From contig CAVYNY010000001.1 in NCBI GenBank assembly GCA_963769935.1, forward strand, positions 32,001 through 96,000: a stretch of 64,000 bases of DNA, given 5' to 3'. The notes beneath the pieces were generated by a model. The model had not been told where the DNA came from and made no database searches. It saw only the letters and a program-made list of their open reading frames with translations. The number at the start of each line of letters is the position of its first letter. Position 1 is the first letter of the stretch. Source of the stretch: an uncultured delta proteobacterium. Its GTDB lineage: Bacteria > Desulfobacterota > Desulfobacteria > Desulfobacterales > JAFDCJ01. The position numbers and the translations under genes are program-made. Below, piece by piece: positions 26,734 through 38,382 of the stretch.

Positions 26734-28934
26734 TTTGTTCTCCTTTCAGTTGCAAATTTCAATCGGGCTTGCAATCCCGTGTAGCGGCGCTGCGTTTTGT
26801 TGTTGCTCACCCCGATGGCCAACGCTTTTTTGCTGCCCACGATGACGACCAGCCGTTTGCCGCGGGTGACGGCCGTATAAAGCAGGTTGCGCTGCAGGAG
26901 GATATAGTGCTGGGTAACAAGGGGTATAATCACAGCCGGATATTCGGATCCCTGGGATTTATGCACGGACACGGCATAAGCCGGCACGATTTCGTCCAGA
27001 TCGCTGAAGTCGTACCGCACCTGGCGGCCGTCGAAAGTGATCAGGACTTCCCGCTCTTCCCCGGCAATGGAAGTAATTCGACCGATATCCCCGTTAAATA
27101 CTTCCTTGTCATAGTTGTTTCTGATCTGCATAACTTTATCGTTGATCCGGAAGGTGCGATCGCCGCGCGTGATCCCGCCCTCGCCGGGGTTTAAAACCGC
27201 CTGCAGCTGCTGATTCAGGTTGCCGGCACCGACGACGCCCCGGTGCATGGGGGTCAATATCTGGATCTCGTCAACCGGGTCCAGACCAAAGCGCCGGGGG
27301 ATGCGCTTTTTACTCAGCTCCAGGATAATCTCCAGCACTTTTTCAGGATCCTCCTGCTCGATAAAATAAAAATCATTGCGCGGGTCGGTTGAATCGGCGG
27401 TGTTAAGGGAGGGCAAAATGCCTTCGTTGATTTTATGGGCATTGACAATGATGTTGCTGGTCATGGCCTGGCGAAAAATCTTATCCAGGGTCACCACCGG
27501 CACGGCAGCCGATGCAATGATATCATTGAGAACATTTCCGGCGCCCACTGAAGGCAGCTGGTTCACATCGCCGACCAGAATAAAAGTGGCAAAAGGCGGG
27601 ACCGCCCGCAGCAGGAAGTACATCAGGATGGTATCGATCATCGACGCCTCATCGATAACCAGCACATCACAGTCGAGCGGTTTGTCCTCATTACGCTGAA
27701 AGCCGCCTTTCTGCGGGCTGTATTCCAGCAACCGGTGAATTGTTTTGGCTTCCAGGCCGGTGGTCTCCCCCATCCGTTTGGCGGCCCGACCGGTGGGTGC
27801 GGCCAGCATCATGCGGGCTTTGATTCGGGCGTAGATCTTCAGAACTGCGTTGATGATGGTCGTTTTTCCGGTACCCGGGCCGCCGGTAATCACCATGACT
27901 TTGTTTTCAATGGCCCGCCGCACGGCCTCAATCTGCTTGCCGGCCAAGGTGATGGCAAGCTGGCCCTGAACCCAGTCAATGGCCTTTTGAGAGTCAATAT
28001 CCCGCAGGGATTTGGGAGCGTCGATCAGGCTTTTTACACTCTGGGCAATGCCCGTTTCACACAGGTGGAACCGGCTTAAAAACACAGCTTTATGATTTTC
28101 CGGCAACGCATCGCGGCCGTGATTCAAATCTTCGATGACGATCTTCTGATTATGCGCCAGCGCCTCCAGGGACTTAACCACGGCCTCGCGCTCGACCGCG
28201 AGGATTTCACAGCTTTTTAAAATCAGCGACTCATAGGGGAAGTAAACATGGCCCTCGTCGGACAGTTGATTTAAGACATAAAGAATCCCGGCTTCAACCC
28301 GGATGCCGGCGTCTTTGGCAATACCCAGTTTGGCCGCGATCTGGTCGGCGGTGACAAATCCGATGCCGAAGATATCCGTCGCCAGCCGATACGGATTTTC
28401 CTTGACCACGGCAATGGAACGGCTGCCGTAGTGTTTGAAGATTTTAGCGGCATATCCGGAGCCGACGCCGTGGCTTTGCAAAAAAAGCATGACATCCCGG
28501 ATGTCTCTTTGCGCATCCCAGGCGGTTGCAATCATGCCGATTCGTTTTTTGCCGATGCCCGCCACTTCGGCCAGCCGCTGGATATCGCTTTCGATAATCT
28601 CCAGCGTCTCTTTCCCGAATGTATCCACAATGCGGCCGGCCATCACGGGGCCGAGTCCTTTGATCAGACCCGAGCCCAGATATTTGCGGATACCGTAGAC
28701 AGTCGCCGGAACCTCGGTGCGATATTCGAGTACCTTAAACTGCTCGCCGAATTTGGGGTGGTGGGACCACTCCCCTTGCATGTCAAGAATTTCACCGGGC
28801 ATGGGCGCCATCAGCGTTCCCACCACCGTTACAAGATCGCGCCGTCCGGGCACCTTCACCTTGGCGATGGTAAAACTGTTTTCTTCGTTGGTGAACGTTA
28901 TGCGTTCGATCTGGCCGGTGAGTTCAGTTGGCAT
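26730..28934 (-). CDS. recD2: ATP-dependent RecD2 (RecD/TraA family) DNA helicase
   Basis: HhH GIGKKR, ITGGPGTGKTT, APTGRAAKR, DEASM, GDVNQLPSVG, HKSQGSEY, YTAVTRGK. Confidence 0.95.
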   Translation of the reverse strand: MPTELTGQIERITFTNEENSFTIAKVKVPGRRDLVTVVGTLMAPMPGEILDMQGEWSHHPKFGEQFKVLEYRTEVPATVYGIRKYLGSGLIKGLGPVMAGRIVDTFGKETLEIIESDIQRLAEVAGIGKKRIGMIATAWDAQRDIRDVMLFLQSHGVGSGYAAKIFKHYGSRSIAVVKENPYRLATDIFGIGFVTADQIAAKLGIAKDAGIRVEAGILYVLNQLSDEGHVYFPYESLILKSCEILAVEREAVVKSLEALAHNQKIVIEDLNHGRDALPENHKAVFLSRFHLCETGIAQSVKSLIDAPKSLRDIDSQKAIDWVQGQLAITLAGKQIEAVRRAIENKVMVITGGPGTGKTTIINAVLKIYARIKARMMLAAPTGRAAKRMGETTGLEAKTIHRLLEYSPQKGGFQRNEDKPLDCDVLVIDEASMIDTILMYFLLRAVPPFATFILVGDVNQLPSVGAGNVLNDIIASAAVPVVTLDKIFRQAMTSNIIVNAHKINEGILPSLNTADSTDPRNDFYFIEQEDPEKVLEIILELSKKRIPRRFGLDPVDEIQILTPMHRGVVGAGNLNQQLQAVLNPGEGGITRGDRTFRINDKVMQIRNNYDKEVFNGDIGRITSIAGEEREVLITFDGRQVRYDFSDLDEIVPAYAVSVHKSQGSEYPAVIIPLVTQHYILLQRNLLYTAVTRGKRLVVIVGSKKALAIGVSNNKTQRRYTGLQARLKFATERRTK

Positions 28935-28940
28935 GGCTTA

Positions 28941-29122
28941 TTAAGCTCTTAAGTTGGTAAGCTGTTAAGCTGATGAGCTCACAAGAATGAGAATAGCTGA
29001 TAAGTTCATGAACCGGCAAGTTCATAGGTTGTGAACGGATCTTATTTTAGCTTTCCTGCTAACGAACTTACCAGCTTATCAGCTCATCAGCTCATCAGCT
29101 TACTAGCTTACCAGCTCATCAA
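28941..29122. repeat. Inverted octamer-arm element (AGCTYAYC / GRTRAGCT)
   Basis: Left arm taagttggtaagctgttaagctgatgagct..gctgataagtt; right arm aacttaccagcttatcagctcatcagctcatcagcttactagcttaccagctcatcaa, which runs into the tsaA stop. Confidence 0.8.
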
Positions 29123-29532
29123 CTATTCCCCACCCAATCCGGCAGCTGCACCTCCGATACCGAGAACGGGATGTAGCATTTGATGTCAACAACCGGTGAT
29201 CCGTCGATGGCATCGATGGCTTCGATATGAATTTTGTTGCCTTCAATTGACAGTATTCTGCAGACGGCGAGTCCGATAAGATTGGGTCTTTGGGGCGAAT
29301 GGGTGGCAAAAACGCCGGTTAACGGAATACCCGGATCTTTTCTGGGATGAACTTGAAGGGTTCGGCGTTTATCCGGCGCATCATTCTGATGAAACCAGTA
29401 AAGCACGAGAATATGCGAAAAGCCGTCGAGTCCCAGCAGGCCGTCTGAAAACTCGTCAAATATTTCGATCCAAATTCTTCCATCGCTTTTCCCGACAATC
29501 CCCACCGGATTCAGATAAAAAGATGCCGTCAT
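29119..29532 (-). CDS. tsaA: tRNA m6t6A37 methyltransferase TrmO/TsaA
   Basis: GLDGFSHILVLYWFH, GVFATHSPQRPNLIGL, DAIDGSPVVDIKCY. Confidence 0.9.
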   Translation of the reverse strand: MTASFYLNPVGIVGKSDGRIWIEIFDEFSDGLLGLDGFSHILVLYWFHQNDAPDKRRTLQVHPRKDPGIPLTGVFATHSPQRPNLIGLAVCRILSIEGNKIHIEAIDAIDGSPVVDIKCYIPFSVSEVQLPDWVGNS

Positions 29533-29550
29533 TGAATGCCTTTCTGGATG

Positions 29551-29853
29551 GAGGTTCGAAGGTTAAAGGCTAAAGGTTAAAGGTCCGGGCGAATTAATGC
29601 CGGGTAATTAGTCCTTAGCGCCTGAATTTTTCAACACCCATCCGCCTTGCGCCGTGAGCCGTGCGCCATGCGCCAGTTTAAACTCCCGGCCCGCACCCCG
29701 CAACAATCTCGCTTCGTCTCGCTCCCTTACACCCTGCTCTAGGCGCTATGCCCTCTGCAATTGAATCCCGTAACTCGCATCCCGCATCGCGCGGTCGTTT
29801 GAGAATTTTTTAAAACAGATAGAATTCCTTCATTCGACATTCGTCATTTCATT
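29551..29853. repeat. Cluster of short degenerate heptamer runs
   Basis: aaggttaaaggctaaaggttaaagg; ccttgcgccgtgagccgtgcgccatgcgcc; cccgtaactcgcatcccgcatc; cattcgacattcgtcatttcatt. Confidence 0.6.
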
Positions 29854-29870
29854 AGTCCCCGCACCGCGGC

Positions 29871-31826
<1,956 letters not shown>

Positions 31827-31941
31827 GATCATCCCCCTTTATGAACGTTACTCAGAAAATCCAAATTTTCACGAAATTAATTATGTGTCTTACATGCTCC
31901 GGCAACCATAAGTCAAGATGATTGAATTGGTTCGCCGATTC

Positions 31942-31983
31942 GTTTCCGAATATCAAGACGGAGTTTCCGAATATCAAGACGGA
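31942..31983. repeat. Perfect 21-bp tandem duplication
   Basis: gtttccgaatatcaagacgga x2. Confidence 0.9.
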
Positions 31984-32097
31984 TCGGATCAGAGCCGTTT
32001 TTAATGCTTGCAGGGCCTGTGGATTTCAGCTATCACTATAAGCCGTTGAGAGTTTTAACAAAGTAACCTGAAAAAATTTCCATTGAGGAGAATCAGC

Positions 32098-33135
32098 ATG
32101 CGAGTAGTTGATCTGAGATCCGACACCATGACCCGACCCACCCCGGCGATGCGGCGGGCCATGTCTGAGGCGGAAGTTGGCGATGATGTGTTCGGAGAAG
32201 ACCCGACCGTTAACAAACTGGAGCAGATGGCAGCCGAGCGGATGGGTAAGGAAGCGGCATTGTTCGTTGCCAGTGGGACCATGGGCAACCTGGTCAGCAT
32301 ACTGGCCCACTGCGGCCGTGGTGATGAGATAATCCTGGGCAGCCTTTCGCACACCTTTTTTTTCGAACAGGGCGGATCGGCCGCCGTCGGCGGGATTCAT
32401 CCCCGCACGGTTGCTAATCTGCCGGACGGCACCCTGCCGCCGGCTGAAATCGAAGCCGCGATTCGAACCGACAATGTTCACTTTCCGATCACGCGCCTGA
32501 TCGTGCTTGAAAACACCCAAAATCTTTGCAGCGGTTATCCCCTGGATGTGGATTACATGCAGGCAGTGGGTGAGATTGCCCGTCGCCACGGCTTGAAAAT
32601 ACATGTTGACGGCGCCCGGTTTTTTAATGCGGCCGTCGCACTGGGAGTGAGCACCGACAGGTTGGCGGCCGAAGCCGATTCGGTATCCTTTTGTCTGAGT
32701 AAAGGCCTGGCGGCCCCCGTCGGCTCGCTGGTGTGCGGCAGCCGGGATTTCATTTACCGGGCCCGGCGTGCCCGCAAAGTGCTGGGCGGCGGCATGCGGC
32801 AGGCCGGTGTGCTGGCGGCCGCCGGAATCGTAGCGCTTGATGAAATGGTGGATCGTCTGGCGGTTGATCATGCCAATGCCCGCAAACTCGCCGAAGGTCT
32901 GGCCCGGATACCCGGACTGTCCATCGATCCTGCGGGAATTAAGACCAACATCGTCTATTTCGGCGTGACCCGCGCCGACATGGCCGCCGAGCAGCTAACG
33001 ACGCGTCTGAATGAGCAAGGCGCCCGTATGCTGCCAGTGGGAACCGGCCGCATCAGAGCGGTTACCCATTACCACATCACCGACGATGATATCGATTATA
33101 CCCTGGAGGTGTTCGCGAAAGCGATGGCGGCATAG
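32098..33135 (+). CDS. ltaE: Low-specificity L-threonine aldolase
   Basis: DLRSDTMT, VGDDVFGEDPT, SGTMGN, HVDGAR, CLSKGLAAPVGS, GGGMRQAG; RBS gaggag before ATG 32098. Confidence 0.93.
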   Translation: MRVVDLRSDTMTRPTPAMRRAMSEAEVGDDVFGEDPTVNKLEQMAAERMGKEAALFVASGTMGNLVSILAHCGRGDEIILGSLSHTFFFEQGGSAAVGGIHPRTVANLPDGTLPPAEIEAAIRTDNVHFPITRLIVLENTQNLCSGYPLDVDYMQAVGEIARRHGLKIHVDGARFFNAAVALGVSTDRLAAEADSVSFCLSKGLAAPVGSLVCGSRDFIYRARRARKVLGGGMRQAGVLAAAGIVALDEMVDRLAVDHANARKLAEGLARIPGLSIDPAGIKTNIVYFGVTRADMAAEQLTTRLNEQGARMLPVGTGRIRAVTHYHITDDDIDYTLEVFAKAMAA

Positions 33136-33285
33136 GGGAAAAGACTTGGCCCAGGGGACAAGGCGCATGGCGCAAGGTGTCAGGAGTGCTTTATAGGGTG
33201 TAGGATGTGATATACGGAAGATGCGCAGCGTGGAAGGTACGCTAGGCTGCATGAACGTTTTACTAGAATCGCGCTGCATTTAAAG

Positions 33286-33318
33286 AAAAAAACCCCGTTG
33301 GAAAGCAGCGGGGTTTTT
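33286..33318. terminator. Intrinsic terminator (possibly bidirectional) after ltaE
   Basis: AAAAACCCCGTTG-GAAAG-CAGCGGGGTTTTT. Confidence 0.75.
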
Positions 33319-33551
33319 AATATAACTAAAATAAGTTGAAAATATGGCCCTCTGGCTAAAAAGCGAATATTGACTATTAGTCCCGTCTATGATATTTGAC
33401 CAACCGTTCCCCTTCAATTAAGATTTTCATGTCCTGGGCTGCAGTCGAATCAGATAAAAAAATCGGCATTCTCACTAAAGACGCTTCCAAAAAGGGAACT
33501 CATTTCAGCACTTTATCATATACTTCTGCTTCTTTCAGGAAAAATCCCGCC

Positions 33552-34037
33552 ATGAAAAAGCAAAATATTCTTCACAAGTATCCGCCCTCGATGGAAAACG
33601 TACTTCTTATACTGCACGATTTTCAGAACAACAATCCGCGCAATTACTTATCTGAAATAGATATGGCAATGATTGCCAAGTACTTAAATGTGACTTTCAG
33701 CTCGATTTGCGGAATTGCAAGCTATTATACTCTGTTTAGTTTAAAGCCTAGAGGTAAACACATTATCAGAATCTGCAATTCGCCGGTATGCGATATGGCC
33801 GGTTCAAAGGTTATTTTGGCGGACCTTCGCAGGAATCTTAAAATAGAAATCGGTGAAACGACTGCCGAAAAATTGTTCACGTTGGAAACAACAGAATGTT
33901 TGGGACAATGCAACACCGCACCGGGCATGGCGATCGATGAGAAATTTTATGGGAATCTGACCGCAAAAAAGATTAAGGCTATTCTCCAAATATATCGGAA
34001 CAACGGAAAGCGTACGAGGAGAAAAAAGGGGTGTTGA
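33552..34037 (+). CDS. NuoE-like [2Fe-2S] subunit of a NAD-linked formate dehydrogenase
   Basis: ASYYTLFSLKPRGKH, RICNSPVC, ECLGQCNTAP; ATG at 33552 after agga. Confidence 0.88.
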   Translation: MKKQNILHKYPPSMENVLLILHDFQNNNPRNYLSEIDMAMIAKYLNVTFSSICGIASYYTLFSLKPRGKHIIRICNSPVCDMAGSKVILADLRRNLKIEIGETTAEKLFTLETTECLGQCNTAPGMAIDEKFYGNLTAKKIKAILQIYRNNGKRTRRKKGC

Positions 34038-35293
34038 TAGAACGTCGGATCGCATTAAAAAACGTGGGACGGATCAACCCCGCAAAAATAGAAGATTATA
34101 TTGCGGCGGGCGGCTACAAAGCGTTGAAACAGGCCTTGCAAATGCCTCCGGAAAAGATCGTTTACGAACTGATTCAATCCGGCTTGAGAGGCAGGGGCGG
34201 CGCCGGATTTTCTGCGGGATTGAAGAAGAAATTCACCAGTGAAGCAACCTGTGTCCTGCTCGAATGCATGCACTATATTGTCTGCAATGCCGATGAAGGC
34301 GAACCGGGAACCTTCAAAGATCGCGCCATCATGGAGGGCGACCCGCATCTGTTGATCGAGGGCATGATCATCGCGGCCTATGCTGTCGGTGCTCAAAGAG
34401 GCTATATCTATATACGCGGCGAGTACCATAAATCGATCGACATGATCCGCAAAGCGCTGGGTCCGGCCAAAGCGCACGGTTTCCTGGGAGATGATATTTT
34501 AGGGTCCGGGTACTCACTGGACATCGAGGTCAAGCTGGGAGGCGGGTCTTATCTTTGCGGTGAGGAATTTACCCTGCTGGAATCCATCGAAGGCAAAAGA
34601 GGCTATCCGCGGATTAAACCGCCCTACCCGGCCGAAAAGGGTTTGTTCGGCATGCCCACCTTAATCAACAATGTCGAAACGCTGGCCCATGTTCCCGCCA
34701 TCCTTCTGAATGGGGCGCAATGGTACAAAAGCATCGGAACCGACCAATCTCCCGGGACAAAAATATTCTCTGTCAGTGGTGATGTGAACAATCCGGGAAA
34801 TTTTGAAGTCGAAATGGGTGCCAGCCTAAAGCAGCTTGTTTTTAATTTGGCCGGCGGCATAAAAAACGATAAAAAGCTTAAAGCCGTATTGATTGGGGGT
34901 GCTGCCGGAACGTTCATGCCGGAACCTTTTTTAGATGTCGGTCTGGACTTTGAATCCTTAAAGGCCAATGATGCTGTTTTGGGCTCCGGCGCTGTCATTG
35001 TGCTGGCTGAAGATAAATCCATTCTGGATATGCTGCTTTCGATCCTGCGGTTTTTCGGCCACGAATCATGCGGCAAATGTGTCCCTTGCCGTGTGGGAAC
35101 CCGGCACCTGGTTATTTTGCTGGCAAAGATTCTGGCCGACGGACCTGCCGGCAGTTCCAACATTGATGCCTTGCTTGAGCAGTCCGAACTCATGGCCAAA
35201 ACATCATTGTGCCCCCTTGGCCAATCCCCGGTTCTGCCGATTAGGAGCGCCGTGCGGCACTTTCGCCGAGAGCTGGAGCAACCTAATAATTAG
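34031..35293 (+). CDS. NuoF-like FMN/NADH-binding subunit
   Basis: SGLRGRGGAGF, NADEGEPGTFKDR, YIRGEY, YLCGEE, NNVET, ESCGKCVPCRVG..SLCPLG. Confidence 0.92.
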   Translation: MLIERRIALKNVGRINPAKIEDYIAAGGYKALKQALQMPPEKIVYELIQSGLRGRGGAGFSAGLKKKFTSEATCVLLECMHYIVCNADEGEPGTFKDRAIMEGDPHLLIEGMIIAAYAVGAQRGYIYIRGEYHKSIDMIRKALGPAKAHGFLGDDILGSGYSLDIEVKLGGGSYLCGEEFTLLESIEGKRGYPRIKPPYPAEKGLFGMPTLINNVETLAHVPAILLNGAQWYKSIGTDQSPGTKIFSVSGDVNNPGNFEVEMGASLKQLVFNLAGGIKNDKKLKAVLIGGAAGTFMPEPFLDVGLDFESLKANDAVLGSGAVIVLAEDKSILDMLLSILRFFGHESCGKCVPCRVGTRHLVILLAKILADGPAGSSNIDALLEQSELMAKTSLCPLGQSPVLPIRSAVRHFRRELEQPNN

Positions 35294-35340
35294 TTGATAT
35301 TAAATGTTATTTCTTTTCATTTTAGGAAAAAATTTTTTCA

Positions 35341-35420
35341 TCACGAAAACACGAAAATCTAGAAAGCACGAAATTTTTCTTATCTCCTTTTCGTGTCTTC
35401 GTCCTTTCGTGCTTTCGTGA
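35341..35420. repeat. Inverted CACGAAA-arm element inside the fdh operon
   Basis: tcacgaaaacacgaaa..agcacgaaa versus tttcgtgtcttcgtcctttcgtgctttcgtga. Confidence 0.75.
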
Positions 35421-35514
35421 TTAATTTCTTTTTTAGCTCTCCGCCTCCGGCGGATCCGAGTTAGGCGCTTCCTCCCTTTTGGAATGATGGAAAGCTGGAA
35501 AAACGATTTTTAGA

Positions 35515-38244
35515 ATGAGCGACATGGCAGCCATAAATATCGACGGTAAAATAATCAGCGCCCGCTGCGGTGAAAACCTGCTGGCAGTGGCGAGGCAAAA
35601 TAAAATATTGATTCCCGGCCTCTGTTATCACCGCAAACTGACGCCGACCGGAGCCTGCCGCTTATGTATCACCAAAATAAAGGGCATGAACGGGCTTATC
35701 CCCGCCTGTACGGTAACGGTTTCGGATGGAATGGAGGTGACGGCCTTTGATGAGGAGTTGGAAGACACCCGCCGATATTTATTGGACTATCTGTTGTCCG
35801 AACATAACGAAGCGTCGGATTTAAGCTATGAAGATGAATTCAAGGTGCTGGTCGGCAGATACGGGCTGAACGATCCGGCGCAAAGACAATTTCCCTCCCT
35901 CTGGCAGTCGCTCGGATACCCGGTCGACGACAGTTCGCCGGTGCTTACCTACGATGCTTCCAAGTGTATAAAATGCTTTCGATGCATCAAGGCCTGCGAC
36001 GAAGTGCAGGGTAAAAATGTTCTGTCTTTTACCAATCGCGGCATCACATCCTATATCATCGGCGGATTCGGCGTTTGGGGGAAGTCGGAGTGTGACGGCT
36101 GCGGCGAATGTATTCAACTTTGCCCCACCGGTGCGATTGTTGAAAAGCCCAACAGGGGTATTCTCCAAACCGCCGGGGCGGCTAAACGCGTCAAAACCAT
36201 TTGTCCCTACTGCGGCGTGGGCTGCCAGATAGAGGTGGTAGTCAAAAACAACCGCATCGTCCGCGTCAATGGGGTAGAGGGTATAAAACCAAATGATGGA
36301 AAGCTTTGCGTTAAGGGGCGCTTCGGCTATGAGTTTGTCGGCAGCCGGGACCGGTTGACCCGGCCTTTGATTAAACGCAACGGTCAATTCGTGGCGGCCG
36401 ACTGGGATGAAGCGCTGGATCTGATAGCCTCTAAATTTAACGCCGTCAAACAAAAACACGGCAATGACGCCCTGGCAGGTTACACATCGGCCAAATGTAC
36501 CAACGAAGATAATTATATTTTTCAAAAATTTATCCGCACCGCATTCGGAACCAATAATGTGGATTATTGCACCCGGCTCTGCCATGCGTCGACCGTCACC
36601 GCGATGCTGCGGTCTTTGGGGGACGGTGCCGGATCCAACTCGATCGAAGATTATGAGAAGGCCGATTGTATTCTGGTTATCGGCAATAATATGATTGAAA
36701 CCCACCCGGTTACCGCCACCTTTGTCAAACGGGGCGTCGCCAATGGCGCTAAACTCATCATCATTGATCCCCGCTGGACGCCGCTGGTGAAATTTGCCGA
36801 CATCTGGCTGCAACCCCGGCTCGGCACCGACGTGGCCCTGCTCAACGGACTCATTCATATCATTATCAGCGAAGACCTGTTTGATAAAGATTTTATCCTC
36901 AATCGAATTGAGGGCGGACTGCAGGCTTTCGAAAAACTCAAAAAGTTGGCCTCGAAATATCCGCCTGATCATGTATCGGCCATCACGGGAATTGACCCGT
37001 CCAAAATTCCGGCGGCCGCCAGGCTTTACGCCCGGGCAAATCGAGCGTTGATTGCCACCGGCATGGGTATCAGCCAGCAGGTGACCGGTACTCATACCGT
37101 TTTTTCACTCATCAATATGTGCTTGATCGCCGGACAAATCGGCAAAGTCGGCGCGGGATTAAATCCACCGCGGGGCCAAAACAACGTCCAGGGAGCATCG
37201 GATGTGGGCTGTTCGCCTCTCATTTACCCGGGCTATATCCCGGTCACGGATGATGAAAACCGCAAAAGAGTCGCCGCGGTCTGGAATTTTCCCTATGAAG
37301 CGCTTTCCGACAGGATCGGGCTTACCACCGTCGAGATCATGCAGGCCGCCCAAGAGGGAACGGTCAAGGGCATGTACATCATGGGCGAAAACCCGATGTT
37401 GACCGACCCCGATCAGAATCATACCCGCGCAGCCCTCGAGAAGCTGAAATTTTTGGTGGTGCAGGATATTTTCCCGACCGAAACCACCGCCTTCGCCGAT
37501 GTCATCCTGCCGGGGGTTGCGTTCGCAGAAAAAAACGGCACCTTTGTGAACAGCGATCGCCGGGTGGGCCGCGTGAGAAAGGCCGTGGCGCCTCCCGGAA
37601 AAGCCCGGCAGGATTGGGAGGTGCTATTGGAGGTCGCCCAACGGATGGGCTGTCCCACGAAATCCTATCAGGATGAATCGGAAATTTTTGATGAGATTGC
37701 CGCGGTGACACCGATTATGGCCGGCATCTCCTATGATAGAATTGAACAGGAAGGTATCCAATGGCCGTGCCCGACAAAAGACCATCCGGGAACCGCCACA
37801 CTTTTTTTGGATAAATTCAACACGCCCAGCGGCAGGGCAATCCTCAACCCGGTAGAATACGTTCCGCAAACCGAAAAATCGACGCCCGCCTATCCGTTTC
37901 TACTGAACACGGGCCGAATCCTCTACCAGTACCATACCTGCACCATGTCCAGACGCAATAAAGCGCTTACGGATTTTGCCAATCAGTCTTACGTGCTGAT
38001 GCACCCTGATGATGCCACGAAGTTGGGTCTGGAAAAAGGTGAGCGCCTCAGGATCGTCTCCAGGCAAGGGGAAATTGATACCCGACTTAAGGTCAGTGCG
38101 GAGGTATTACCCGGCGAGCTCTTCATGCCGTTTCACTATGGAGAATCTCCTGTAAATGCCCTCACCCGCCATGAAATGGATCCGCTCTCCAAAATCGCAC
38201 CGTTTAAGCTGACAGCCTGTCGAGTGGAAAAATTCATGCCATAA
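35515..38244 (+). CDS. fdhA: Formate dehydrogenase alpha subunit (Mo/W-bisPGD, Cys ligand) with N-terminal Fe-S domains
   Basis: IPGLC..GACRLC..C; CIKCFRC..C; CDGCGECIQLCP; CPYCGVGC..LCVKGRFG; DYCTRLCHAS; RGQNNVQG; LNTGR. Confidence 0.92.
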   Translation: MSDMAAINIDGKIISARCGENLLAVARQNKILIPGLCYHRKLTPTGACRLCITKIKGMNGLIPACTVTVSDGMEVTAFDEELEDTRRYLLDYLLSEHNEASDLSYEDEFKVLVGRYGLNDPAQRQFPSLWQSLGYPVDDSSPVLTYDASKCIKCFRCIKACDEVQGKNVLSFTNRGITSYIIGGFGVWGKSECDGCGECIQLCPTGAIVEKPNRGILQTAGAAKRVKTICPYCGVGCQIEVVVKNNRIVRVNGVEGIKPNDGKLCVKGRFGYEFVGSRDRLTRPLIKRNGQFVAADWDEALDLIASKFNAVKQKHGNDALAGYTSAKCTNEDNYIFQKFIRTAFGTNNVDYCTRLCHASTVTAMLRSLGDGAGSNSIEDYEKADCILVIGNNMIETHPVTATFVKRGVANGAKLIIIDPRWTPLVKFADIWLQPRLGTDVALLNGLIHIIISEDLFDKDFILNRIEGGLQAFEKLKKLASKYPPDHVSAITGIDPSKIPAAARLYARANRALIATGMGISQQVTGTHTVFSLINMCLIAGQIGKVGAGLNPPRGQNNVQGASDVGCSPLIYPGYIPVTDDENRKRVAAVWNFPYEALSDRIGLTTVEIMQAAQEGTVKGMYIMGENPMLTDPDQNHTRAALEKLKFLVVQDIFPTETTAFADVILPGVAFAEKNGTFVNSDRRVGRVRKAVAPPGKARQDWEVLLEVAQRMGCPTKSYQDESEIFDEIAAVTPIMAGISYDRIEQEGIQWPCPTKDHPGTATLFLDKFNTPSGRAILNPVEYVPQTEKSTPAYPFLLNTGRILYQYHTCTMSRRNKALTDFANQSYVLMHPDDATKLGLEKGERLRIVSRQGEIDTRLKVSAEVLPGELFMPFHYGESPVNALTRHEMDPLSKIAPFKLTACRVEKFMP

Positions 38245-38256
38245 CCCGCAAGGGCT

Positions 38257-38372
38257 TGAATTGAAAATTGAAGATTGCAAATTGTATAATTGTAACTGTC
38301 GCTTTGCTCCTCTTTTTTAAAATCGAAAAAATTCCACTAATATTCAATATTGAATCGAAAATATTCAATCAT
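38257..38372. repeat. Inverted heptamer-arm element (AAAATTG / CAATATT) between convergent fdhA and glyA
   Basis: gaattgaaaattgaagattgcaaattgtataattg ... aatattcaatattgaatcgaaaatattcaatc. Confidence 0.6.
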
Positions 38373-38382
38373 TTAGTACCCC

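Noticed and set aside
28941..29122. CRISPR array (also considered at 18331-18410 and 12143-12670)
   Set aside because: Units are 7-9 bp, degenerate and contiguous, with no constant 23-47 bp repeat and unique spacers; no cas genes in the window.
36560..36600. Selenocysteine recoding in fdhA
   Set aside because: The ligand codon is TGC (Cys) in CTRLCH and the frame has no internal TGA.
35821..37095. Long antisense ORFs (424 aa here; also 32026-32871, 22352-23122, 49305-49940)
   Set aside because: They shadow well-supported genes on the opposite strand and show no motifs.
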